In this document: positions 9,270 to 17,832 of the stretch, in pieces
How the letters are laid out: each line of letters starts with the position of its first letter
How positions within the stretch are numbered: position 1 is the first letter of the stretch
Assembly (NCBI GenBank): GCA_964416765.1
Contig: CAYQEU010000001.1
Location: 617,208-681,207 of the forward strand
DNA from: an uncultured Candidatus Saccharibacteria bacterium
GTDB lineage: Bacteria; Patescibacteriota; Doudnabacteria; UBA920
Length of the DNA stretch: 64,000 nucleotides
Direction of reading: 5' to 3'
Program-made: the position numbers and the translations under genes
Notes under the pieces: generated by a model
What the model was told of the DNA's origin: nothing
The model's input: the letters and a program-made list of their open reading frames with translations, nothing else
Databases searched by the model: none

Positions 9270-10634
9270 CTAAAGCCAGATGGAAGCTATAGCCGCGACG
9301 GCTGATATAGCCATAACCCCAACCACTCCCCAACCGATACCGGTAACGAGCGGACGATTGGCATGCCGTCCCATAATTTTTTTATTACCACTAAGCTGTA
9401 CAATAAAGACCAACACAACGGGTGCGACTATTCCATTCGCAACAGCTGAATAAATCAAGGCACGAATAGGGTCTAAGCCAACGAAGTTCATTAAAAAACC
9501 CACCAGCATGGCAATGATGATTACGCCGTAAAAGGCGTGGGCATTTTTTAGTTTGCGGTAGAGCCCAAACGGCCACTTAAAGCTTTCCGCCATGGCATAC
9601 GCCCCGGAACCGGCTAGGACAGGAACTGCTAAAAACCCCGTGCCTATTATCCCCAAAGCAAACAAAGTGTATGCCGCCTCGCCGGCGATAGGACGAAGTG
9701 CCGATGCGGCATCAGCGGCCGTGTTGATTACCGTACCACTGGCAAAAAGTGTTCCCCCACACGCCACTATAATAAAGAACATAATCACATTGGAAAGCAA
9801 CATTCCCGAAATCACGTCTATCCTCATCTGCTTGATCTGCTTGGATTGCGGAGGAGTAGGTACGTGCTGTTGTTTGTGCAAAATTTCTTCTTCTACTTCC
9901 TGGGAAGTCTGCCAAAAGAACAGGTATGGCGAAATAGTAGTACCCAGGATGGCACAAATAATAAGAATTTGTTCGCGGCTGCCATCCAGATGCGGGATTA
10001 AAGTACTTTTTATGATATGACCCCAGTCCAGGCCGTTAATGCTGAGGGCAGCAAAGACGTATAATAGCAAAATGAGCGCCAAATATTTCAGGTAATGAGC
10101 GTACCTTTCGTAGGTTGTAAAAATTTGAAGGGCCAAGCTAAGCAGTGTAAACAAAACCAAAAGCACGGTAAAGTTAGCCGATGGTACAATCAGCTGGAAG
10201 CCCTGCGCCATGGCACCCAAATCAGCCCCCAAGTTAAAAATATTGGCTACCAACAATAAAATAGTACAGGCGACCAAAATTCTCCGGGAATAATGTTCCC
10301 TGATGTTGGCGGCCAGCCCCTTACCGGTTACCAGGCCAATCCGCGCGCACATTTCCTGTACCAAGGACATAAGCGGTAAGGTGAACAAGGACAACCATAA
10401 TAGGCTGAATCCATACTGAGCGCCGGTTTGGGAATAGGTGGCAATTCCAGAAGGATCATCATCCGCCGCGCCCGTAGTAAGACCGGGGCCTAAGATATGC
10501 CAAAATGACTGGGCGCGCTTGAGAGGTTTTTTGGTAATAACCTTGCCTGCGACTTTGCCGCCTTGCTCAACAATTTCATCGAGGGCCTGAGCGGGGGCTT
10601 CCGCGATGCGTTTTACGATGTCTTTTTCTTTCAT
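9270..10634 (-). CDS. mntH: NRAMP-family divalent metal (Mn2+/Fe2+) transporter
   Basis: 454 aa, ~11 TM helices. NRAMP motif DDDPSGIATYSQTGAQYGFSLLW (DPGN-like). Confidence 0.9.
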   Translation of the reverse strand: MKEKDIVKRIAEAPAQALDEIVEQGGKVAGKVITKKPLKRAQSFWHILGPGLTTGAADDDPSGIATYSQTGAQYGFSLLWLSLFTLPLMSLVQEMCARIGLVTGKGLAANIREHYSRRILVACTILLLVANIFNLGADLGAMAQGFQLIVPSANFTVLLVLFTLLSLALQIFTTYERYAHYLKYLALILLLYVFAALSINGLDWGHIIKSTLIPHLDGSREQILIICAILGTTISPYLFFWQTSQEVEEEILHKQQHVPTPPQSKQIKQMRIDVISGMLLSNVIMFFIIVACGGTLFASGTVINTAADAASALRPIAGEAAYTLFALGIIGTGFLAVPVLAGSGAYAMAESFKWPFGLYRKLKNAHAFYGVIIIAMLVGFLMNFVGLDPIRALIYSAVANGIVAPVVLVFIVQLSGNKKIMGRHANRPLVTGIGWGVVGVMAISAVAAIASIWL

Positions 10635-10676
10635 TGAGGTTTTAAACTATATATATTGTACCGAACGGGCCTAACT

Positions 10677-10705
10677 TTGACAAATTCCCCTATAAAAGCT
10701 ATAAT
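10677..10705 (+). promoter_or_regulatory. Consensus sigma-70 promoter for the infC-rpmI-rplT operon
   Basis: TTGACA (10677-10682), 17-nt spacer, TATAAT (10700-10705). A divergent TTGTCA-17-TACAAT promoter for mntH lies on the opposite strand of the same intergenic region. Confidence 0.7.
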
Positions 10706-10741
10706 TATACCCAGTTACGTTAATAAAAAGCTCCAATTAGC

Positions 10742-11311
10742 TTGCAACAAACCAGAGTTAACCAACAAATCCAAGCTCCCGAAGTTCGGGTAATTTCCGA
10801 AACCGGCGAGCAAATAGGCGTATTTAAACTGTCTGAAGCGCTAGCTTTGGCGGAAGAGCACGGCCTGGACTTGGTGGAGATCTCTCCGCAAGCGAAGCCT
10901 CCGGTCACGAAACTCATCCAATACGATAAGTTCCGCTACCAGCAAAAGAAGCAGGAGCAGCAGCAGAAAAAACGTACCAAAAAAGTTGAAGTTAAAACGG
11001 TTCGTTTAAGCGTCCGTATCGGCCAGCATGACTTGCAAACCAAGGCTCGCCATACAGACGGCTTTTTGCAAGACGGCGACATGATAAAGATCGAGCTCCG
11101 CATGCGGGGCCGCGAACAAGCCTTTGTTGATCTAGCCGAGAAGCAAATGAAAGCTTTCCAGGAACTTTTGACCGTCCCCTATCGAGTCGAGGTACCTGTT
11201 AAACGAATGGGCAACACCTTGAGCATGACTATTGCTCCGGGAAAACCTGCTGCCGGAACCCCCGCCCCTCAAGGGCAAACCACAGTTAATAATTCACCTA
11301 CCAATGCCTAA
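10742..11311 (+). CDS. infC: Translation initiation factor IF-3
   Basis: RVNQQIQAPEVRVISETGEQIGV...LVEISPQAKPPV is the IF-3 N- and C-domain pattern. No ATG: the track start is TTG at 10742, and an in-frame ATT at 10736 is possible, as in E. coli's AUU start. Confidence 0.9.
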   Translation: MQQTRVNQQIQAPEVRVISETGEQIGVFKLSEALALAEEHGLDLVEISPQAKPPVTKLIQYDKFRYQQKKQEQQQKKRTKKVEVKTVRLSVRIGQHDLQTKARHTDGFLQDGDMIKIELRMRGREQAFVDLAEKQMKAFQELLTVPYRVEVPVKRMGNTLSMTIAPGKPAAGTPAPQGQTTVNNSPTNA

Positions 11312-11498
11312 AGCTAAGACCCACCAGGGAGCTGCCAAGCGGCTCCGCGTTACCAAAACAGGAAAAATCATGCACCGCACTTCCGGCCAGGACCACTTTA
11401 ATTCCCGAGAAACCGGTAAAGTGTCCAAAAACAAGCGCCGCGATTCCGCACTTGCTGATAACAACAAGCATATCAAGACATTAATCCCCCACAAGTAA
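11304..11498 (+). CDS. rpmI: 50S ribosomal protein L35
   Basis: MPKAKTHQGAAKRLRVTKTGK... bL35 signature. ATG at 11304 overlaps the infC stop at 11309-11311. The N-terminal extension in the track ORF (from 11232) is rejected. Confidence 0.9.
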   Translation: MPKAKTHQGAAKRLRVTKTGKIMHRTSGQDHFNSRETGKVSKNKRRDSALADNNKHIKTLIPHK

Positions 11499-11502
11499 AC
11501 CG

Positions 11503-11850
11503 ATGACCAGAGTAAAACGAGGTGTGGCAACACACAAACGGAAAAAGAATATCCTGAAGCGAGCCAAGGGATTCGATAACCGCCGCTCAACCAACTTAGC
11601 TGCCGCCCGCCAGGCGTTACTGAAAGCCGACAGCTACGCCTACCGCGACCGCCGGAACAAAAAGCGCGACTTCCGCGCCATCTGGCTCATGCGGGTTAAC
11701 GCCGCTCTCCGCGAAAACGGCACCACTTGGAGCAAATTTGCGGCTATCTTGAAGAAAGACGAAATCAAGATCAACCGTAAAATGCTAGCAGAGCTTGCGG
11801 TACGCAGCCCCGAAAGTTTTGACGCACTGGTAAAAGACATCGCTAAATAG
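11503..11850 (+). CDS. rplT: 50S ribosomal protein L20
   Basis: MTRVKRGVATHKRKKNILKRAKGF..RNKKRDFRAIWLMRVNAA, bL20. Confidence 0.95.
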   Translation: MTRVKRGVATHKRKKNILKRAKGFDNRRSTNLAAARQALLKADSYAYRDRRNKKRDFRAIWLMRVNAALRENGTTWSKFAAILKKDEIKINRKMLAELAVRSPESFDALVKDIAK

Positions 11851-11864
11851 CGTTGTCTTTTTTT
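11834..11864 (+). terminator. Rho-independent terminator at the end of rplT
   Basis: aagacatcgc / gcgttgtctt with one mismatch, followed by ttttttt. Confidence 0.6.
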
Positions 11865-11900
11865 ATACTTACTTTTACCCAATAATTAACTAATAAACGT

Positions 11901-12524
11901 ATGAATAAAATCATAGCGGTAATTCTCGTGCTCCTTGTCCTCCTGGGAGGATGGTGGTTCCTGAGCCACAAGAAGGAATCCGCACCGACTAATAACAGCG
12001 TTGCCGGCACCACTGCCAGCACCTCTCTGAAGAGCCTGCTGGCGGCTGGTAGCAGCCAAAAATGCACCTTTCATTCCGATGAAAACGGTACCCAGGCCGA
12101 TGGCACTTTCTACGTGGCCAATGGCAAAAGCCGCGGGGACATCACCTCGACCGCCAACGGAAAACCGACCAAAACCCACATGATATATAGCGACAGTACC
12201 AGCTATGTATGGATGGACGATTCGACGGCAGGGTACAAAATGTCCGTGGATCCATCCACCCTTCAGGCCAAGGGAACAACTGATTCCAGCCAAAAGAGCA
12301 TGGACTACTCGAAAGATTACAATTACCAGTGCAGTCCCTGGTCCGCGGATGCCAGCATGTTCACCCCGCCCGCTTCCGTTAACTTTACGGAGATGAACAT
12401 TCCAGCCGCTCCCAGCGCCAACATCAATACCTCGGCCGGAGCCAACATGGACCATGTTTGCGATGCCCTAACGGGGTCGGCAAAGGCCCAGTGTGAAAGC
12501 GCTATCCAGGCACAGAAGAAATAG
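11901..12524 (+). CDS. Hypothetical membrane-anchored extracytoplasmic protein
   Basis: N-terminal TM IIAVILVLLVLLGGWWFL, Ser/Thr-rich exterior with conserved Cys. Preferred over the antisense ORF 11886..12455. Confidence 0.5.
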   Translation: MNKIIAVILVLLVLLGGWWFLSHKKESAPTNNSVAGTTASTSLKSLLAAGSSQKCTFHSDENGTQADGTFYVANGKSRGDITSTANGKPTKTHMIYSDSTSYVWMDDSTAGYKMSVDPSTLQAKGTTDSSQKSMDYSKDYNYQCSPWSADASMFTPPASVNFTEMNIPAAPSANINTSAGANMDHVCDALTGSAKAQCESAIQAQKK

Positions 12525-12537
12525 TTTAGATGCCAAA

Positions 12538-12569
12538 TAAAACTCCCCGCTTATGGCGGGGAGTTTTTT
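12538..12569. terminator. Bidirectional rho-independent terminator
   Basis: aactccccgc-ttat-ggcggggagtt followed by tttttt, between convergent genes. Confidence 0.85.
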
Positions 12570-12588
12570 ACTGCTTTGTTTTATATTT

Positions 12589-13188
12589 TTATTTGTTGGT
12601 GTTGGCAGGGGCATTATTAGCCGGTGCGTTGTTTGCCGGCGCCTGCTGGTTGGCGTTGGCAGGGGCATTAGCAGCATTTGGGTTAGCCTGGTACTGGCGG
12701 ATTGCTTTCATTACAGAGCCTTCTTCAGTAATTTCCTGGTAATAAAGTACCTGGTCGCGGTTAATCCGCATAACGTCAACTGGTCCATGCAATTCGCCGG
12801 ACTTGCCGAGTTTGCGCAAAGCGAGCTGTCCCTGCTGGTTGGCATTGGCAGCCTGCTGTTGTTGTCCCTGCAAATCGCTAGGTACTAACTGGAGGTAGTA
12901 GATGTCCTTCAAGGTCATATACTGGTCGTTCACATCAGAAAGCTTACCGAAGTAAACCTGTCCGTTGGTGAGGAAAACGGCATCATAGCCGGAAGCAGTC
13001 TGAGCCGAACTGTTATTGTTGTTGGCTGAGTTCTTCGGCATGATACGGTCGCGGAACATGACGGCGGCAATTAATACAGCCAGGATTACGATCAACAAAA
13101 TTGCCCACGGCAAAATTGAAGTTTTGCGAGGCGGCATTCCGTGTCCGTGATCGTCATGACCCATGGGATGATTCATTTCATCGGGCAT
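12589..13188 (-). CDS. Hypothetical membrane-anchored protein with Gln-rich and C-terminal (A)PAN(N) low-complexity repeats
   Basis: N-terminal His-rich segment HPMGHDDHGHGM, TM helix, C-terminal NAPANANQQAPANNAPANNAPAN repeats encoded by imperfect DNA tandem repeats at ~12597-12700. Confidence 0.55.
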   Translation of the reverse strand: MPDEMNHPMGHDDHGHGMPPRKTSILPWAILLIVILAVLIAAVMFRDRIMPKNSANNNNSSAQTASGYDAVFLTNGQVYFGKLSDVNDQYMTLKDIYYLQLVPSDLQGQQQQAANANQQGQLALRKLGKSGELHGPVDVMRINRDQVLYYQEITEEGSVMKAIRQYQANPNAANAPANANQQAPANNAPANNAPANTNK

Positions 13189-13302
13189 AAAACTAGAATC
13201 CTTTCTAATTTATTTTTATCTTAATGTTGTATATTTGTCTCAAAATGTTCGACTTGATGGACATATTATAGCATATTCCGCAAAACAAGGTACAATGATG
13301 TT

Positions 13303-13803
13303 ATGCCAAAGCCGCTATCACAATTTTCTTTGGTCATCCTTCGGGCGTTAAACAAACAAAAACGCCTGGCTTTTGATGAAATTAAGCGATTATACGACAA
13401 AACAGAGGATCCCAAACGAATATCAGCTACCCTCTACCGCTTGGAAAAACAGGAGCTAATGGTACGGAGTGGAAACATGGTCAATATCACCGAAGAAGGC
13501 GAAAGAGTTATCCACAATTATTTCCCAGAAAAGGATGGGATATGGAAACTCATAATTTTTGATATTCCCGAATCGGAACGATACGTACGCAATGTACTGC
13601 GTTCCAAGCTCCAGGCGCTTGGGTTCAAAAAGTGGCAGAACAGCATCTGGGCTTCCCCTTACGCGCTCGACCCCGAATTGGAAAAGGAGTTAAAGATCCT
13701 GGCCGCTAAGTACTTTGTGCGGTTAATCAAAACCACGGATATAAACGAAACTTCTGACCTGGAAGCTTTATTTTCTGACCAAATTGACAGCTCAGGCCGC
13801 TAG
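13303..13803 (+). CDS. PaaX-family-like transcriptional regulator (winged HTH plus PaaX C-terminal-like domain)
   Basis: C-terminal pattern GIWKLIIFDIPESERYVRNVLRSKLQALGFKKWQNSIWASPY fits the PaaX_C consensus (W..W.L..FD.P...R..LR..L...GF...Q.S.W..P). wHTH-like N-terminus. Confidence 0.55.
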   Translation: MPKPLSQFSLVILRALNKQKRLAFDEIKRLYDKTEDPKRISATLYRLEKQELMVRSGNMVNITEEGERVIHNYFPEKDGIWKLIIFDIPESERYVRNVLRSKLQALGFKKWQNSIWASPYALDPELEKELKILAAKYFVRLIKTTDINETSDLEALFSDQIDSSGR

Positions 13804-13837
13804 GCCTACAATGAACTTACCAATTAAATATTAATAC

Positions 13838-13935
13838 TTATTTAGGGAAGTCCGGTGTAATTCCGGCACTGTGCCGCAACTGTGACTGGCGCTGTTATAC
13901 AGCAAGCCAGAAGTCAGATCGCTAAATAAGCGTAA
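13838..13935 (+). promoter_or_regulatory. Candidate cobalamin (B12) riboswitch aptamer, short form
   Basis: AGGGAAGTCCGGTGTAATTCCGGCACTGTGCCGCAACTGTGA matches the B12-element core GGGAA..GGTG..AATCC....C.G..CCGC.ACTGT. Downstream ..AAGCCAGAAGTCAGATCGC is a divergent B12-box-like element (AAGCCAGGAGACCTGCC). Nested helices ctggc/gccag and gctgt/acagc. Confidence 0.45.
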
Positions 13936-13967
13936 TTCCCGAGCAGGATTTAAATCTTAATTTTTAA

Positions 13968-13992
13968 ACACCGCCCGGAGCGGTGATTTTTT
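13968..13992 (+). terminator. Intrinsic terminator / expression platform ending immediately before the ATG at 13993
   Basis: caccgc-ccgga-gcggtg hairpin followed by attttttat, then ATG. Confidence 0.6.
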
Positions 13993-15852
13993 ATGTCTGA
14001 AAGCGTAGATGATATCGAAATAGACGAAGAAGGCTTAGGCAGTGTTGAAGCTGTCGAGGAAGTCTTTGCGGAATTAGAGGCAGAATCGGAGCGCCACGCC
14101 CGTACAGTTGAGCAATATGAAGAGACTTCCCCGGAAACTGGAATGGACAGCAACTACGGCTCCTACGACCGGGAAACTGGTTCCATATATTTGGACGGCG
14201 TGGAACTGCAGGGCAGCGATGACAAGATTGAAGGGATCAAAGAAAAATTCAAAGAAGGATTCGAGGGTTTGGCAGACTGGTCGGAAGGAGAATGGAACGG
14301 TATTACCTATCGCACAGACTACCATATTGAAGGAAGCACACTTCGGTTGGACACCTATGTTATAGAAGTGAATGAACCCGGGGATTTGGATTCGGGCATT
14401 GAGTCCGACACCGGCAGCGAGGGCGGTGACGAAGACGAGCCAATAGCCGCTTCGAATATTTTGGACACAGAAAGGTCTATTGAAGAGGGCCAAGAGCTGG
14501 TTCACCAGGAGGAACAAGCGTTGGTCGAATCGGTACAAGAAGTGACAGCCTGGTCCAGCTGGTTGGAAGACCCGGGAGAAAGAATAGATGCGCGAACAGA
14601 AACCACAGAAGTTGCCCAAACCGAAAATCCACTAATAATAGAGCGTCCAATATTTGCCTTTGATAATCTGCTTAATGTGGAAGATGGAGGTACCGTTCCG
14701 GCAGAAAGAGTCGGTTCAGCCGACGAGAGTACGGCTGAGATAACAGACCAACCCGAACAGCAGCCCGCTGAGAGATCCGAAACAAATGAGGAAATTTCTG
14801 CCGAACTCAGCCTGCAGACTAACCATGAGAATGCTGAAAGCACCATTGAATCCACAACCGGAAGTACAGGCGCCGGCACTAAACCTGAAACATATAAGGA
14901 AATTCAGATTGAAGACTCTCATAGCTCGGTGGACGGGGCCCCGCAAGAGATGGATAACACTCGTTCCCCGATTAGCCTGAGACGCGAGAATGGCAGACAT
15001 GCTAAAGAACCAGCGCCCGCAGAAGCACGAGCAGTGGAAGCGCTGACGCAGGAAGTGCTGCCGGCAAAAAGTGCATTAGAGTTATCAAGAAAGCCCGACA
15101 CCAAAATTGTGGAGACGGAAAGCGCCCGGGCGGAAACTAAAAATTTAATATTTGAAACAGATTCCCCCATAGAGCAGGAAGACAATGCCGAGTTTGCCCG
15201 GACAGTCCAGCCCATTACTCTTACACGGAATATCAAACGGGGAGTAAAAGTTTCCCGGACCGAGGACATTCACACAACTGATTTTTCATTGGGGAATAAT
15301 CCTGAGCCGCAGGAAATAGCTGTTGAGCTAGCAGAAACTACAGAAACACCTGAAGAGGTTTCCGCTGAAACAGCAGTGATAGAAATTAATGAAATTACTG
15401 CAACTGAGGCGATAAGGATTGAACCAGCGCATCTAGAGAATCAGGAACCAACTATCCAAGAAGCCGCTGAATCGGTTCAAATAGAAGCGCGCACGGAGCA
15501 AATGGAAGCTAGGGAAACCATCCAAAAAACGACAAGCCAGGTTGAGAAAAAAATTACGGAAGTCCGTCGGGAAATCCGCCTGGTAAAAGCCGAAACCAAA
15601 AAAATAGAACAAGTAGCAAGAGAAAGAACCCAGGCCGAAAGAATTTACGAACCGATACGGGAAATCCGCCGGGTTATAATCAACGGTCCCCGCTTGGAAA
15701 CTGGTGGCATTATCCTGCGACGAAACCGGTCCGTCATTAGCACTGAAGAACGTGATCGCCTAGAAAATACTAATCGCATCGTGGAAATCCCCCGTTATAA
15801 TTCTCGCCGCCGGACGCCAACCCGGTCTGCCGCCATTAGACTAGCAGCTTAA
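13993..15852 (+). CDS. Hyper-acidic Glu/Thr/Ser-rich low-complexity (likely disordered) protein, 619 aa
   Basis: Longest ORF in a region full of antisense shadow ORFs. Strongly biased acidic composition. Basic C-terminus (RRNRSVISTEERDRLENTNRIVEIPRYNSRRRTPTRS). Stop lies 7 nt before the Clp-like gene. Confidence 0.55.
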   Translation: MSESVDDIEIDEEGLGSVEAVEEVFAELEAESERHARTVEQYEETSPETGMDSNYGSYDRETGSIYLDGVELQGSDDKIEGIKEKFKEGFEGLADWSEGEWNGITYRTDYHIEGSTLRLDTYVIEVNEPGDLDSGIESDTGSEGGDEDEPIAASNILDTERSIEEGQELVHQEEQALVESVQEVTAWSSWLEDPGERIDARTETTEVAQTENPLIIERPIFAFDNLLNVEDGGTVPAERVGSADESTAEITDQPEQQPAERSETNEEISAELSLQTNHENAESTIESTTGSTGAGTKPETYKEIQIEDSHSSVDGAPQEMDNTRSPISLRRENGRHAKEPAPAEARAVEALTQEVLPAKSALELSRKPDTKIVETESARAETKNLIFETDSPIEQEDNAEFARTVQPITLTRNIKRGVKVSRTEDIHTTDFSLGNNPEPQEIAVELAETTETPEEVSAETAVIEINEITATEAIRIEPAHLENQEPTIQEAAESVQIEARTEQMEARETIQKTTSQVEKKITEVRREIRLVKAETKKIEQVARERTQAERIYEPIREIRRVIINGPRLETGGIILRRNRSVISTEERDRLENTNRIVEIPRYNSRRRTPTRSAAIRLAA

Positions 15853-15858
15853 TAACAC

Positions 15859-17532
15859 ATGTCGACCGCTGAATTTAATAAAATTTCATATTTAGACTTG
15901 AAGTGGGAAGCCCGTAACCAACGGTTGCCCACCGTCATAGGCCGTCGGGAGGAAATAGCCCGCCTTAACCGCACTCTGCTGCGTACTACCACTAGCAGCT
16001 GTTTTGTGGTGGGAAAAACCGGGGTTGGGTCTACTACTTTCCTTCGTGGATGGGCCGGACAAGCCAACGACCTTCCGGTATTCAAAAATTATCGGATTGT
16101 GGAGCTTGGTTCGGAAAATTTTCATCATATTAACAGCGCGGGGACAGGATTTTCTTCCAAGTATGTTGAAGCTTTAGCCAGCATCCCCGCGCCTTCCATA
16201 ATAATAATGGATGGCTTTGGTTCTATCGTATACAACAAACCAGGACTGCTCCAAGCCATGACACGTTTACTGAGGCCGCTGGCTGAACACCCGCAAAATC
16301 GATTGGTTCTGGGAATGGAACCCCATGAGCATACATGGCTCTCAGATCAGGACCCAGGGTTTTGCCGGCTTTTTGAAACACTCTTTTTAAAAACCCAACC
16401 ATCGGAAGAATTGGAACAGATCCTAATCGAGGCGGGGTTGAAGCTCCAAAAGGAACGCAATGTTACCATCGCTCCTGATCTGCCGCGGCAAACTATTGCA
16501 TTGTGCCAGCGTTTTACCAGCCTGGGACAGCTGCCCGCGGCCGCGATACAGGTTCTGGATGAATCAATTGCCGAGAGCTTGGGGCAGGGCCACACTCAAG
16601 TTGGTTTGAAGGACGTCCAGCGGGTTGTCGCCGACAAAACGGGCGTTCCATTTTCCCAGCTGGCATCAAGTGAAACAGAACTACTGAAGAAATTGCTTCC
16701 CGAACTCCGCAAACAAATCGTGGGGCAGGACGAAGCACTGACTACAATTACCAATTTCATCCAGCGCGCCAAGCTAGGTCTTAAAAACCCGCACCGTCCT
16801 CTCGGTTCTTTCCTGGTACTGGGGCCCAGCGGCGTGGGCAAAACTGAAACTGCCAAAGCGCTTTCCAAGATCCTATATGGCAAGAATGAAAGTTTCCTGA
16901 GGATCGACATGTCGGAGTTTAACGAAGCCAACACTCTCCCACGGTTGCTCGGCGCCCCTCCCGGTTACGTGGGATATGAAGCAGGCGGCACCCTGACCAA
17001 CCATATTTCCGGCGAACCGCACAGCCTGATTTTGATGGACGAAATTGAAAAAGCCCACCCGAAAATTTTCGATGTATTCCTGCAAATTCTGGACGATGGA
17101 CGAGTTACATCAGGGCAAGGCCAGACGGTGGACATGACACAGACCGTGATAATCGCCACCTCCAACATTGCCGTAGATAAAATTATCGAACCGAAAAATC
17201 TCGATATTCAAAGCCCGGCGTTTTTGCGGGATGAAATACTTCCAGAACTTCAAAAACATTTTCGCACTGAATTTATCAACCGGTTTGACTCTATTGTTAT
17301 CTTTAACCCGCTTTCCACGGCTGACCTGCTCGATATCGCTATTTTGGAAATTGAGAAAATAGAAGAACGGGTGCGCGACCGGGAGCTAAGCTTTGACATT
17401 GACCGCAAAATTCTAGAAGAAAAGATCCAGGAGATTATTGATCCCCGCTTGGGAGCAAGGCCTATAAAAAGGTATGTCGAAAATACTTGTGAAACTTTAA
17501 TTGCAGAATCTCTGCTGGAGGAACAATCATGA
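15859..17532 (+). CDS. Clp/Hsp100-family two-domain AAA+ ATPase with degenerate D1 and no N or middle domain
   Basis: D2 is canonical: VGQDEAL, Walker A LGPSGVGKTE, Walker B LILMDEIEKAHPKIFDVFLQILDDGRVT. D1 P-loop reads VVGKTGVGSTT (Lys replaced) and Walker B IIIMDGF. 557 aa versus ~860 for ClpB. Confidence 0.8.
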   Translation: MSTAEFNKISYLDLKWEARNQRLPTVIGRREEIARLNRTLLRTTTSSCFVVGKTGVGSTTFLRGWAGQANDLPVFKNYRIVELGSENFHHINSAGTGFSSKYVEALASIPAPSIIIMDGFGSIVYNKPGLLQAMTRLLRPLAEHPQNRLVLGMEPHEHTWLSDQDPGFCRLFETLFLKTQPSEELEQILIEAGLKLQKERNVTIAPDLPRQTIALCQRFTSLGQLPAAAIQVLDESIAESLGQGHTQVGLKDVQRVVADKTGVPFSQLASSETELLKKLLPELRKQIVGQDEALTTITNFIQRAKLGLKNPHRPLGSFLVLGPSGVGKTETAKALSKILYGKNESFLRIDMSEFNEANTLPRLLGAPPGYVGYEAGGTLTNHISGEPHSLILMDEIEKAHPKIFDVFLQILDDGRVTSGQGQTVDMTQTVIIATSNIAVDKIIEPKNLDIQSPAFLRDEILPELQKHFRTEFINRFDSIVIFNPLSTADLLDIAILEIEKIEERVRDRELSFDIDRKILEEKIQEIIDPRLGARPIKRYVENTCETLIAESLLEEQS

Positions 17533-17831
17533 CAGAAAAATTGAAACCCATGGAAGCCGGTGCGGAAAGCAAAGCTATTGAGATAAAGCACAACGAAACA
17601 TCTCTGACTCCCCAAAACGCCCGGCAAATGTTTGAACAACGATTGGCCCAAACTGAGGCCATGCACCCCTTTGTGTCCCTTAAATTTTTCTATCAGGTAA
17701 AAGAAAAGATTATTCGTGAACAGGGCATGGCAAAAAAACTATTGAAGATTGAAGAAGAAAAACAGGAAAGATTGGACCAATTCAGTTTTGTGCTTAACCC
17801 CAGTTATTTTGAACAGAAACTAATATCCTAA
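17529..17831 (+). CDS. Hypothetical protein translationally coupled to the Clp-like gene (ATGA overlap)
   Basis: 100-aa ORF, 4-nt overlap with the upstream stop. Confidence 0.45.
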   Translation: MTEKLKPMEAGAESKAIEIKHNETSLTPQNARQMFEQRLAQTEAMHPFVSLKFFYQVKEKIIREQGMAKKLLKIEEEKQERLDQFSFVLNPSYFEQKLIS

Positions 17832-17832
17832 T

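Noticed and set aside
11232-11303. Upstream extension of rpmI
   Set aside because: bL35 universally starts MPK..; this extension lies within the infC coding sequence.
11886-12455. 189-aa minus-strand ORF overlapping 11901..12524
   Set aside because: The plus-strand ORF has a canonical N-terminal TM anchor and follows the rplT terminator and promoter-like region; the minus-strand ORF is Gly/Arg-rich shadow.
12597-12700. Possible CRISPR-like direct repeats
   Set aside because: The repeats are imperfect, contiguous without spacers, and lie inside a CDS encoding PAN repeats.
13880-13990. ZTP (pfl) riboswitch resemblance (GTGACTGGCG ... CCGCCCGGAG)
   Set aside because: It lacks the ACCGGG.GGA sub-domain and pseudoknot partner spacing. 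The upstream GGGAA..GGTG..CCGCAACTGT core fits a cobalamin element better.
14074-15269. Series of minus-strand ORFs (14074..14619, 14502..14879, 14716..15000, 14919..15269) inside the acidic-protein gene
   Set aside because: Overlapping antisense shadow ORFs typical of compositionally biased (GAA/ACN-rich) coding sequence. The 619-aa plus-strand ORF is longer and continuous.
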